Assembly (NCBI RefSeq): GCF_016432865.1
Contig: NC_067403.1
Coordinates: 247,442,001-247,506,000 of the forward strand
DNA from: Antechinus flavipes
Lineage: Eukaryota
Direction: 5' to 3'
Length of the DNA: 64,000 nucleotides
Positions 33,801 through 45,840 of this stretch are shown here, piece after piece. The position numbers and the translations under genes were made by a program. The notes beneath the pieces were generated by a model. It saw only the letters and a program-made list of their open reading frames with translations, did not search any database and was not told where the DNA came from. The first letter of the stretch is position 1, and each line of letters opens with the position of its first letter.

Positions 33801-35398
33801 ATAATAACCGGTTTCCTGTATATTCATTTTATGCATTTAAAAACATTATTCTGGGAAGAAGTCCATCCATAGGCCTCCCCAGACTGGGAGGGGCCGGAAA
33901 CAGTTAGCACCCCCCTGTACAAGAAGAAACTCACTGCATCTGTGCTGGGCTTGGGGAAAGGAGTATGGCTAATCCTCCAGCAAAGAAACTCACTCTGAAT
34001 GGAACCTATTCCCGGAGTCCCCTGAAGGTGGGCTCAGCACAGCTGGGATTTAGCTTTCTGTACCCCTCAAACGCTAGGCCCTCACCATGCGCCAGACACT
34101 GCCTTGGCACTCACTATGTGCTGGGCACTGCCTAGGCCCTTACCCTACACCAGGCCGGGGGGAGGGGATGGGGGGGCAGGACACCCGAAGGTCCAGTCAC
34201 ACACTCATGCCCGCCTATCGGCACACGTGCCCCTTTTGTTTGTACCCCCAGCTCAGCATTTGACTCATAACATGAACTTCATAAACGCGTTTTGAAGAAA
34301 CAAAGGAAGCAAGCGTTCCCAGGTTGGGGGGCGGACAAGGTATCCCCCCACCCCCACCTAGCTGCCCGGCTTGGGGAACGGCTTAGGGGCTCCTGAGAGG
34401 GCCTTCTCTGGGGAGGGGGGGGGGCTGCCCGCAGGCCATGAGCCGTGCCTGCCTCCCAAAGCGATGCACGGGGCCTGGTGCCCAGGCAAGGTGCATGGGA
34501 GCAAGGCACCTGCTGGGCGGCTGAGGGTGTACCCGGAAAGGCTGTTGAGTCTCAGGGCTGGGGGAGCACGGGAGCCGGGCCTTCCCTCGGATCCCCACAC
34601 TCACTGCAACGTGGGTCCTGTCCCGCCGTGCGCCACGCGCCATGCGCCATGCAGCTCCCTCCACCGCGGGGCTTCAGACTCAAGGACCAGGGAAGAGACC
34701 GGCAGGAATAAGGGAGCTCGGCCCAGTCATCCCCATACAAAGAAGGCCCACTACAAAGGAGGCTGGAAGGGGCCCGGGAGGCGCTGGGCACCCATAGGCC
34801 CCTTGGGAAGGCCCTGGTTGGCTTCCCTCGACCACCCACACCTTCCCTTCCCCCTCAGGGTTCCTCGACTAGCCCGCCGCACCAAGCCCTCCTTCAGGGC
34901 CCCACACCTCCCACAAGCTAACAGATGGGAAGTCCACCCATGGTGCCAGTAGCCTTCCATTCCCCCAGGGTTTCATCGGGCTCCCGAGGGGCCCAGCAGA
35001 CGCTTCACCTCTAGGGCGTCCACCGAGCAGACTTCCCTCCCAAGCAGGGTTTCTCCAAACTCCGCGCGTGCTCCCAGGACAGCCAGGGGCTGCTTCCCGC
35101 CCTGACTACCCCGAGGGCGCAGCGGGAACCTAGGAGCCAGGGTGGGCGTGGAAGGAAAGGCAAACCCCTGCTGCAGGGATGCCTGGGAGGCCGGGCGGAG
35201 GCGGGCTCTCACCGTCGTCGCGGCCACGCGGGGGGCCCGCGGCTCCCATCTTGCGGGTGCAGGCGACGACCGCAGGAGGCGGTGCGGGGCAGCACCGTGC
35301 AGCCCCGGACAGCAGAGGCGGGGGGCAGGGGGCAGCGTGGGACACGCGACTCCGAGCGCGCGGCGCCAGCGCCGAGGGGCCACGTGCCCCCCTCCCCC

Positions 35399-35460
35399 CG
35401 CCGCTGCTGCCGCCGCCGCCACCGCCTCCGCCGCCGCCGCCGCCGCCGCGGCCGCCGCCT
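35399..35460. repeat. Interrupted (CCG)n repeat
   Basis: ccgccgctgctgccgccgccgcaccgcctccgccgccgccgccgccgccgcggccgccgcct. Confidence 0.9.
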
Positions 35461-35661
35461 CGCCACTCGATTGGAACGGGGCCCCGGGCGGCCCCACCCA
35501 ATGGCCTTCGCTGGTCCTCCCCGTCGAGACCCTCCCCCTTCGAGTCTGCCCGGCAACGCCGTTTCCATTGGCTCGGAGACACTGCTGGGGCCCAATCGCG
35601 AGAGGAGAATCGGTTTGGGCGGGAGGAATGAGGCTCCGTTTCTCAGGCCTTCGAGGCTGAG

Positions 35662-35686
35662 ACGGCGGCGGCGGCGGCGGCGGCGG
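35662..35686. repeat. (GGC)n repeat, about 8 units
   Basis: cggcggcggcggcggcggcggcggg. Confidence 0.9.
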
Positions 35687-36084
35687 GAGCGGGAGGCCGG
35701 GGCTGGGGAGGCGGCCTCGGCGGGAGGGGGGCGCGACCGAGGGGGCGGCGCGAGCTCAACCCGGCGCGAGCTCAACCCGGCGCTTCCACGGCCCAAGCCG
35801 TGGTCGGGGAACTCAGGCGAGGAGGCGGAGAGTGTTGGGGTAAACGAGGGACCCTCCGTCCCCGCCTGCCCGCCCCCAGGGTCGCTCGGCCTGCGGCGCC
35901 GCCGGGAGAGTTCCTGGCTACAGGCCTCTCGTGCGCGATTCCGTCCTCGAGCCTAGAAGCCCTGGGCTGAGGTTGAAAACCACCTCCTCCGGCTCCTCCG
36001 GGACCTCAGTGTCCCTCTTTGGAAAATGGGAGGAGGGATTGGCAACGGGAAAAAAAACAAAAACAAAAAACTGACCGGATTTAG

Positions 36085-36228
36085 ACTAGGAGTATCCGCT
36101 TCTTACTTTTTGCCCGCGTGACCTTGGGCAAATGACCTCTAACCCTTGGGCGGGGGAACTCAGTTTCCTCATCTATAAAATGAACTAGATGAGCTTGTAA
36201 GACCAACCCCCCCAGCTCTAAATCCCTC
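36085..36228 (+). mobile_element. MIR3-like SINE
   Basis: gtgaccttgggcaaatg...ctcagtttcctcatctataaaatga-actagatga...cagctctaaatcc. Confidence 0.7.
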
Positions 36229-39200
36229 CAAAGGGTCCATCTTTGTGCACGGGGATCCCCAGAGCGTTTTCTGTCCTCCCATCCCCCCCCACATTGTTTG
36301 ACGTTGTAAAACTGAAATAGTAACAGCGCCTCCCCGCTGAGCTCGTGGTGGGGAGGAGGAGGTGAATGAGGTATTTGTCTAGTGCTTTTCGCCTGGGACC
36401 ACAGATGGTATTGGGAGTCAGTTTTACCATTAATGGTGCCCATGTGTCTCTCCCTCATGAAAACCGGGCACGTGTTAGCCAGCTTGGTTGTCCCCCTTGT
36501 AGAAGCAGGCCTCACCCTGGATCCCCGAGCTCCTTTCCGGTCTCTCCCGAGTTTCTGTCAGCGGGATGCCTGGGCAGGGCCAGCCCCGGATCTGGCGGGG
36601 ACCTGATAGATTGGCTCATTTTGGAAGTGCACGAAGAGCCTGTTGTGTTTGGGCCAGGAGGGTTGGGGGGGGGGGGTGCCTCTGGATCCTTCTCTTGTCT
36701 GGGCTGTGATGGGGGTGGCGGGTCCTCCGAGCCCCCACCGTAAAATAAATAGGTTGGCGAGGGCTTTCCAGCCGTAACTCTGCTCGCTCAGGGCCCACTG
36801 GTGCTTCTCTTTGGCACAAATCTCAGCCTTTCTCAATGACCCTTTGTGGCCCCAGCACCCTCCGAGATGCCCTCTAACTCGACATTCTGTGATAATGTCT
36901 AATTCAGCATGGCTGAAACCGAAACAGGTCAGATAAAAAGATCTCCAGGGGTGTGGTTTCAGGGATGGAAAAGGAAGATTTCCAAAGATAAAAAGCAAGT
37001 CTGAAAGCAGGAAGGACAGATAGAAGGGTAAGTACATTAGAATGAGGTAACAAAGGGACATTAAAAAGAGGAAGCTGGAAGGATGAAAAAGATAGGAAGA
37101 CCCTGGAATTGAAAATGGAAAAGAGAAGCAGCTTGGATTTGGCTTTTAGGGATGTGGGTGAATGTGCCAGGCTGGGGATATAAATAAAAGGAAGCGCCTG
37201 GGCCCTCTAAGAGTTATTCTAATATACATACAGGGGAATGTGACCAGAAAAAACTGTTCAGGAGAAGCTGTAGTTAATGATAGAGTTGATGGACTGGTCC
37301 TTTGAGGACTGGCAATATTGATCTGATTGTTGTTATTACTGTTATTTTAATCCAGGTTTGATTCTTGGGACTCTAGGCAACTTGCTTTCTCTAGGTCTCA
37401 GTTTCCTCATTTGTCAAATGAAGGAGTTCTATTAGATTAGTCAGAAGTATCAAATTTATGGCCCATAAGCATTACAAAAATTCCTAATGAGATCTGAAAC
37501 CAGCTAAAAATGTAGTTAGGAAATGTTTAACAAGATAAAATTACAGTACAACCATGTTACTTCATGGTTTTCAAAGTCATTACACATCCCCCAGGGATCC
37601 TATTCCACTTTAATACCATTGGACTAGATGGTCCCTAAAGTTTCTTCCAGCTCTGAATTGTATATGATTCAACTTATATTTTCAAAAATTTCTACAAATT
37701 GAGGACACCAATGAAAGAAAAGAGAAGAAAGGTGAATAAGGAATAACACAAAGTTGTTTTCTCTGTGTGTGTGTGTATTTTAAGAGGAAGCAAGAATTGA
37801 GAGGAAATAGAACAGAAGAGGGATAGATTTAGATGGAGCCAGCAGGAAAAAACAAAGACAGAAGACCGAATCCTCAATGTTTATAATGTCTCAGTGTATT
37901 ATCCCTAGATGATGGCACTGGCATTCCACTGAGATGGGGTTGAAGTTTGAGCAAAGAGATTAAGATTAATACTTTATATTCTTGGGAACATGTTGATAAT
38001 CAGAGCAAAGCTAAGTACCATGGAGTATAAAGTCATCCTTTATACTTGTAAAATTGACCAACATAGTATAGTTGTCTTATATAAACAGATATATAGTGAT
38101 TTTATTTTATTTTGTAAAGTTCAGGTCTATGCTTTTAAAATTTCTTCCAAATTTTTACTTCACCAACTTTTAAATGATCAATCTGTGTGTTTGTGTTTGC
38201 GGCGGCGGCTGCTGTTGATTTTGTCAGTATTTGAGAGTTTTGAAATTGAATGAAAAATATATTGTGTTTTTTAAAAAGACCAGAATTTTCTTAGGGATCA
38301 TGATATAACTTTGCTTCTTTTTATATTTAATGCAGTTCAATAAATATTAGGCACCTGCTATTTATAATGGACTTTGATAGGTGTTGGGTATAAAAGACAG
38401 CCAGAAAACAGAAAGAAAAGAGTTTACATTCTTCTGGATGAATTTAGCATATATAGAGATTCCAAAATGGAAAATATTATGAAGCAGTCACCTCTCTCCC
38501 TCTTAATTCTTTTCTAATTTACTGTAGAGATGATTTCTATTCAATGTTTAGAAGAGATGCAGGTTGGATCAATTTAATTTACGAAACTTTTTTTAAACCA
38601 TATTTTAAAAGGTTTATTTATTTGGTAATTTATTTGCCTTTATTTTAACGTTATTTACAGATTCAATAATGTCCTTCACTTTTAAACAGTGACTTCTTTG
38701 TTCTGCACTTTCATGAACTAGCCCTCCATTCATGTGACTGCTCCTATCTGAGCTAATCTGAAGCAATTTTGCAAGTACAGTAATATACAGTATCATATCC
38801 TACATTCCTTTCTGTTTTCTCAGGTAGCCATGTTGATCTGGCAGGATATCAAGTGAATCATTTGAGTAATGTTTATTGCTTATTATGTGCAATGCATTGT
38901 GATTATCAATTCTTCATAATGTTTATTGCTTGCTTTTCCACTATGTTTTCAATTTTTACATTTCTGTTTCTTAGAACAGCCCAGAGTAGCAACTGTATTA
39001 GTTTGGGAATCTGAAGATTTGGGTTTTAAATGCTGTTGTTCTACTACTTAAAGAATTTGTTAGCTTGACACTTAGTTTAGCTTCAGTTTTCTCTTTCATA
39101 AAATCAGAGGATTGGACTAGAATGATATCTCTATCTAAGGTCTCTTTTTGGCTCTCAATTCTATGATCCTTTAGCTGACTAAATCCTCATACAGTTCTTT

Positions 39201-40699
39201 TAAAGCTATCCAAAGTCGTCATTACTTCCTAACCATTGTTTTTTTCTTTCATTTCTGTAAAAAACCTTGGGCTCAGGTATTTAATAGTAGGAGATTGGAT
39301 CTAATGTTTATATGCTGATTATTTTATATATAGGGTTCAAAGAGCAGTATAGATGGAAAGACTTTTGTGAAAGGTGGGGCTTGAATCTTGACCAGTGGAT
39401 AGGGTCTGAATTGGCTGAGAAGAAAGAAAAGAAAATTAAATTAGTGGTAACATCCATAGTACAGCAATAGGAGCTGAAAGATGGAGGGCTATTCTAGGAA
39501 TAGTGACAAGATTAACCTTATGGAAGGGCGTGTTCTTTTCTAGGAGATGTGAGATAAACTTGGATAGGGTGGGGTGAGATTGTGAAGGGCTGGGCCTAGG
39601 ATAATGCACTTTGTCCTATGAGGAGCCAAAGGATTTTGCAGGGTGGGGAGGAATCTGAGGAGAAAACTGGTGTTCTGAGTAAATTGATCCCAAATCATCC
39701 CCCTTCTCAGATAATTGGGATTTTTTTTCCTTTTCAGAATAAAAAGGAAATTCTCCAGTCACATAATTTAATATTTAATGAATATTATATTCTGCATGAT
39801 GGATTCCATTTAGACACACAGACACAGCCCCTGTCCTTTAGGACCTGACATTTGAAGAGCATAATTTATGCTAGATATCTTAGTATGTTTGGATAAAAAA
39901 GGAATAAGAATAATTCTGTGTAGTCCAGTGTAAATTGAAATTATGAGGCCAACTACCTGAGTTCAGAAAAACATACACAATTATCTTCCTGAGATTCCCT
40001 CAGTTGAATTATCTGGGCAGTTTTGTAGTCTATATCACTTATCCTATTTGGTTCACATATTTTTTGATTGGAAGAAAAAAAATCCAGACATATATAAAAG
40101 AAACTAATCAATTAAAAAAATCAGATCCCAGCAATGGAATTGTTAGTTCAAAGAAGCCTATTCCATCCCCACCCCCCCATAAATGGATTAAATACGTGCT
40201 TTCTGTCTCTCCCTCCCTTGAACTCCCTCCATCCCCTCCCCCCTGGTTTCGGGGGTGGGGGTGGGGGGGGTGTGCTGCTACTTAGGGAGGGACATAGGAA
40301 GTTGAGAAAACCTTCACCAAATTCCAGTAACCAAAAACAATAAAATAATTTGATCTGTAAACCGACAGCATGTCTTTTGCCTGGACACCCCTCACATTCA
40401 GAAAGCAGGGGGAAGGGGAGACAAGGCAACCCCCCACAGTCCCATCATCAAAGAGAACTCAGGAAATAGCTTAGGCTTGTTTCTATGCAAAGATTGCTAA
40501 AAAAATTCCCCAAACCCAACACCTTTTTTCCCCCCCTCAGGCTCAGGCCTTGCCATACTTCCTCTAGGATTGTATATCCTTTGCTTTTGCAATATATCTA
40601 GATATACATGTTATATAAATGCATATGTATTTTTAAAAGTTCTGTGTCTTTTTCTGTCTCTTTTCTCTTTTCTTTTTTTTTTTTCCCCTAATTCCTATA

Positions 40700-40780
40700 A
40701 TAAAGTTTCCTATTGGATAAGGTCAGCTCCCTGATTTATGCCTGGTTTCTATTGGAAGCGCTCAAAGGCTGACATCACTT
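40700..40780 (+). promoter_or_regulatory. CTNND1: CTNND1 main promoter
   Basis: ATTGG boxes at 40712 and 40751; CRE-like TGACATCA at 40770-40777, immediately at the recalled mRNA 5' end. Confidence 0.8.
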
Positions 40781-41311
40781 AGGAAAGCGAGGGGGTAGGG
40801 CTGGCAGACCAGTTTGTCACCACCCAGCCTCCCTTGCCTTTGGCTGGGTGCAACTTCCATTTTAGGTGTTGGATCTGGGAGGAAAGAAAAAAAAAAAGAA
40901 GAGGAGAGAGAAGGAGAGAAAGAAGATTGGAAAGAGCCTTAAAGGAGGAAGAGGTGGAGAAAAATTAATTGCATTATTGTATTTGTCTTTCTCAGCAATA
41001 TTGGCAAGGATTTGGATTCCTTTTCGTAGAGGATTGTTTTTTAGAAGTCTGCAACCGAGGTGTGTGTATGTGTGGATAATGTGTACAGAAGGAGCATGAT
41101 AGACTAGCTAGTTTTTAATTTTTGCTAACTAGAGGGATTTTTAAAAGGTGCTGGCTGTTTGGGGAGAAATTCAGCTAGGCTGACTGATTTTAGAACAATT
41201 GTTTCCCTCTCAATTTCTACTACTTTTAATTTTATATTTTAAAGCAAAACAGCAAGAAGGAGCAAACTTCTGGGTCTCCAGCGCTGGGAGCTGGCTGAGC
41301 AGCTCCTGAGG
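40767..41311 (+). other. CTNND1: CTNND1 (p120-catenin) non-coding exon 1; the rest of the window is intron 1
   Basis: ggctgacatcacttaggaaagcga...tttgtcaccaccc...tggctgggtgcaacttccattttaggtgttggatctg matches the recalled human CTNND1 5' UTR; donor G|GTAAGA at 41312. No CTNND1 coding exon found in the window. Confidence 0.85.
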
Positions 41312-42860
41312 GTAAGAGCGGTCCTGTGAATTTGCCTCTTGGTGTATTTTCTGATTGTATATTTCCTTCTGGGTCTAAGTGAACACAATTACATAACCTT
41401 TAGTAACAAAATTTTTAAAAGTTGGTTTTTTGGTGTATTGTGTGTGGGTTGAGACAGGAATTTGTCTTGAGGTCGAAAGCTGGTTTCACAGATGGCTTTT
41501 CATATGTTCCAAAACCTTATTTTACTTTTTTCCCCTGTTTGTGGACGTGGAAAGTTGCAAGGAGATTTGCAGCTTAAGCTGTGGTAGTGGTTTCCCACTC
41601 CCTTTTCTCTCCCCCCCAATCCCCCCCTCAAGAGTGTGATTTAACTCCCGTAGTCTGTTTCAGCCTCATGCTCCTGGGTGGATCCCGTTTTACTTTTCCA
41701 GGTGCAGTGGGTGGGAGCCTCATTCTCTTGTACTGGCCCTGCTGCTTTGCCTTTTAAAAGAAAACAAATGGATCCCCATTGACTGCTGCATTTGCCTTTT
41801 CTTAAAACTACCTTGGGTTACTAAGACTTCTCTCTCCCCCTTCCCTCCCGCCCCCTTCCTTCCCCTCACTCCTCCAATCGTGCAAAAACTATTTCGCAAG
41901 TTTTGGAATTAAGGGGTCATTTAGTTTACTTGTGAATGGAAGAGAAAACAAGAAATGATTCTAGTTTTTTATTTATTTAGGGATGGTAGGTTTTACAAGG
42001 TTAGCAAAAAGCTCTTTGCATACTTGAGTTTTCAATTCATTTGCAGAATTTTAAAAGGAAATGTATTTTTTTAAAAGTGAAAGTCAGTTGTGTGGGTGAG
42101 TAGATTTTTAGTTGCTTTCCTAAAAGATTAGAAATCTGTAGCATTGTAGGCTACTGACTCCCCCTCCCTTATTTTAAATCATTTTTATTTGTGAAGTATT
42201 TTTTTTCATATACTTTTAACACAGTTTTAAATGATCACAGTCATATCATTAGCAGTAGTCGGAAGCTTCCCACTTCTCCATTTGCTTTTTTAATAATCAG
42301 AGCAACTCTAAAAATTAGAGATGAAGTTGAATTCAGTGCCCTTTAGTACCTAAACTGTCTTATCTTTAACAGTCCCTTACATGTTTTAATTTTTAATTTA
42401 AATTAGGAAAATTGGATTGTTTTTACGTGCAAAACTAGAGCATCTAGGGATTTGGCTTGCTTAGGGGTTTCAAAATAAAATGGAATGTCTTTTTTGTGTG
42501 TGTAATGCTAAGGAGCAAAGTGAAGTGGTTCTTAGAAACTCTATCAATACTTCTTTCTTCCTTGACTCTCCAGTCCAAATTTGAAAAGAAAGGATGGTAT
42601 GGTACATTTATGGGGACTACCCAATGAAATGATTGATTTAGCCCTTTGGACACTGTAGTTTTTATTTGAATAGGTAGAAAAAATTTAAAGAATATCCATG
42701 TCGTTTTTTCTGCTTTAATTTCAACCTAAGGTTCTGAGTAGATTTTTGGATGATTTGAATTGCAGGTTGATCCATTATCCATCTAAACCTTTAAAGTGGG
42801 TATCTGTTTTGAAAGATTACAAAAGCACAGTGATAGTAGGATCCAAGTAAGTGCCTAGAA

Positions 42861-43118
42861 CAGAGGTTTTTAATTTTTCCTGTGTGTGGTATGTGTGTAT
42901 GTGTGTGTGTGTGAGTGTGTGTGAGAGAGAGAGATGGACCCCTTTGGTAGTCTAGTGAGGCCTATTGAACCTCAGAATAATTTTAAAAATTAATAATTGA
43001 AGGAAATGCTAATTTTTAGTTAGACACTAAGTTAAAAACAGAATTTTTCCCATCGAAATTAATGGACTTTTCAGAAATATATCTTTTGGTCTATGGACCC
43101 CAGGTTAAGAAACTTTTG
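42861..43118. mobile_element. Non-autonomous hAT-Charlie-type DNA transposon
   Basis: Imperfect TIRs cagaggtttttaa / ttaagaaacttttg; 8-bp flanks gcctagaa and gtctagaa fit the NTCTAGAN target consensus. Confidence 0.75.
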
Positions 43119-45399
43119 GTCTAGAATTAATGGAGGCAGCTCCAGACATTCAGTGGTCTGGGTTTTTAGATTAGAAAGGAGATTTATCTAATCTTTCATT
43201 TTCTGTCTGATATTCAAGAATTGTAGAAGGTTTGGAACTAGAGAAAAGAGTACCATCCTATCCCTCTTGAGGAAGTAGGTGGAATGCCCTCCCATTTTAG
43301 TGCTAAGCACTTAGTGGGTATATTTTTATGTTTTGTTTTCACCTTTATAGTAATAGATCATTTTGTTTGTTTTATAGTAATAGATCATTTGATAGATGTT
43401 CTGTTGAGTTTTGTTGCTGAAAAATCTCTAAGTAGGAGTGTTGGAACTAAATTTAGGGGTGAATTCCACAACTATTTTCTTAGGCAAAGAGAAATGGAAC
43501 TATAAAATTTGCCTTTAGCTGACATGGAATTTAGAGCATCTACTACCATTTTAAGAAAGCCCTAAATCATTAAAACTTCTGTCCAATTCCCTGAAGAGAT
43601 GTAGGTGACAGGCTTGTGTATATAACTAGTCTTTCAAAAGAGAAATTGGAATAATTGGAAAGAAAGAGACTTGCCTTGAAAGAGTTGCCTTGAAGAAATC
43701 AGTATATCTCACTTTATACCCAATTCCCCTTTACTTTCACTTCTCAGACCAAGACTGTTACTCTTTATAATAGATGTTTTAAAAAACAGACCCTAGTAAA
43801 TGGCAGTTTTCATCTTGTTCAAGGTCCTCCCTTTTCCATAGTGGCTTAATGTACATTACATTTCTGCGATTTCATCAAAGGAAATCTATTAACTATCTTC
43901 TGTTTTCATGATGGGGAAAACTGGCCAAGAGAGGGATACTGTTTCAACCTTTTGACAGGAAGCTTCCCTTCTGTGTAGTATCTTGGGCTCACCTATGGTA
44001 TTCTTTCTCTTAAGAACCTTTATATTGTTTGGGCTAATCTTTGTTTCTTAGTCTTTGGTCTGGCTGTAGGAACTAGTTGCAGATAGACTTGTGTTAGCAT
44101 TTACGCATTGGATCCCTGAGGCTATAGTCCAAAATGTTGGAGGGAAGTTTCAGTGATGCAAGAACAAATTCTAAGTGCTAGTAAAAACCTGCCAACCTTA
44201 TAGACTGTGTATCCAATATTCTTCTTCACCAAAAGGTGAGGTAAACCATTATTGTTTACTAGATCTTCTTCTCCCATCCATTCCCCCACCCCTCTACATA
44301 CCTTCTGGCAAAAATGTTGAGAACTGTTTATTTTTAGGCCTGGACCCAGTTTACTCCAAGTCTTGAAGATTCGGGTTGCCCTTCATTAGCATATTTAAAC
44401 CTGCTAAGAGCTTTTTATATTTTCACTTTGGAAAGAGCCTAATGTTTGGTTGGATTCATACTATAAAGGATATGTTTTAGGTCACATTAGTTTTCTACCT
44501 GAAATTCTTTCTCGTATGCTGAAATTGAATATTTTATACTTTTTGCCACATTTAGAATTAATACATTTGATTAAATATTTTAAAAATGTGACTAGATAGC
44601 ACTTAGTTTTTCTGACACTACTTCATTTGAAGTAATGCCTACCTTGTAATTACTTTGGAGGTTTTTTGTTCATGTGATTCAATCTTTCCTCTCCCCCAAA
44701 AAAGGGTTAATGTGGCACTCAATTGAAAATAGGGATTTCTCTGCTTAAATGCAGCTGCCTACAAGGTTGCCAATAGAGCATTGATGTAGCCTGGCAAGGA
44801 GATTTTTGGAAGGAAGGAACAACTGCTCTGGTTTAGAATGACCAATGGGGAATAGAGGGCATGCATTGATTTGTGTTTTTGTTGTGTAGCTTATTAGACA
44901 TTTTGAAAGTAGTTTGTCTCTTCAAACTTATACTTTCTATGATAACTTGTTATTAAATATTAAATAATGAGAATGGAACTTGGCTATCTTGGCATAGTAA
45001 AATTCCCATTGCTAGATATTCTAGATGAAATTTTAAGTCTCCCTCAGAATGCATTAGATCTAATATATAGAAAGATGGGCAAAAAAAAAAAAAAAACTCC
45101 CAAACTTCTGGATTTTGTTAGCCAATGATTAGTAATTGGGGACACTTTTATAAAACAATTTTATTAGGTTTCTTTAAGTATTGTGCTGTATTTTAAAATG
45201 TTAACTAATCTCAAATAGGCTTTTACTTTTTATTGTCTGAATTTTTGAAAGTTTTATTGGTATTTATAATCAGTTGTTTGGTTCAAAACCCTGCTTTGTG
45301 ACTCACCAAATACACTCAGTACTCAAAACAAATCTCACAATGTATATAAAATTTAGTTTTTTCTTGCTACTACAGTCTTGATCTTTACTGTTCTATGAG

Positions 45400-45840
45400 A
45401 TCTTCACTGTTTTTCTATTGCTCATAATTAAGCTTTCTTTATGTGATCTTTTCATTTATATCATTGTCATTGTGTATATTCTTTGATTCTACCTCGCTTC
45501 ATAAAAGCTCAAAGTTATTCTTTTTTCCTGAATTTCTCAAAACAACTTTTTCTTATTATACTGTTAATATCTCATACAATACTTTTTTTTCCTATTTCTT
45601 TGCTACTGTTAAAAATGATGCTATGAATATTTTGGTATATGTTGAATCTTGTGTTTGTAACCATCTGACTTTCTTGTTGTATAGACCTAATGGTGGGATT
45701 GCTAGAATTAAAGTTGTTGGCTGTTAAATCACTTTTCTTTCATACTTCCAGAATGTTTGACTGCTCCAGAGGTCTAATAACAAATCATTTGTGTTCTGTT
45801 CTTCCCAACCCCTTCTAACACTGACTTCCTAAATAAACTT
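45400..45840 (-). mobile_element. Old L1 fragment
   Basis: tttgctactgttaaaaatgatgctatgaatattttggtatatg...gggattgctaga is the antisense L1 3' pattern. Confidence 0.6.

Larger units (their letters stand above)
34300..36050. promoter_or_regulatory. CpG island, probable bidirectional promoter (BTBD18 / upstream CTNND1 start)
   Basis: Very CpG-rich; CCAAT/ATTGG at 35470, 35498, 35567 and 35592; flanked by outward-facing GGC repeats. Confidence 0.75.

Noticed and set aside
34371-35956. Many 150-224 aa ORFs in the CpG island
   Set aside because: Expected from stop-codon scarcity at very high GC; mostly non-ATG starts and repeat-encoded homopolymers.
43344-43390. 20-bp direct repeat tttatagtaatagatcattt
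   Set aside because: Ordinary local slippage duplication in an AT-rich intron.
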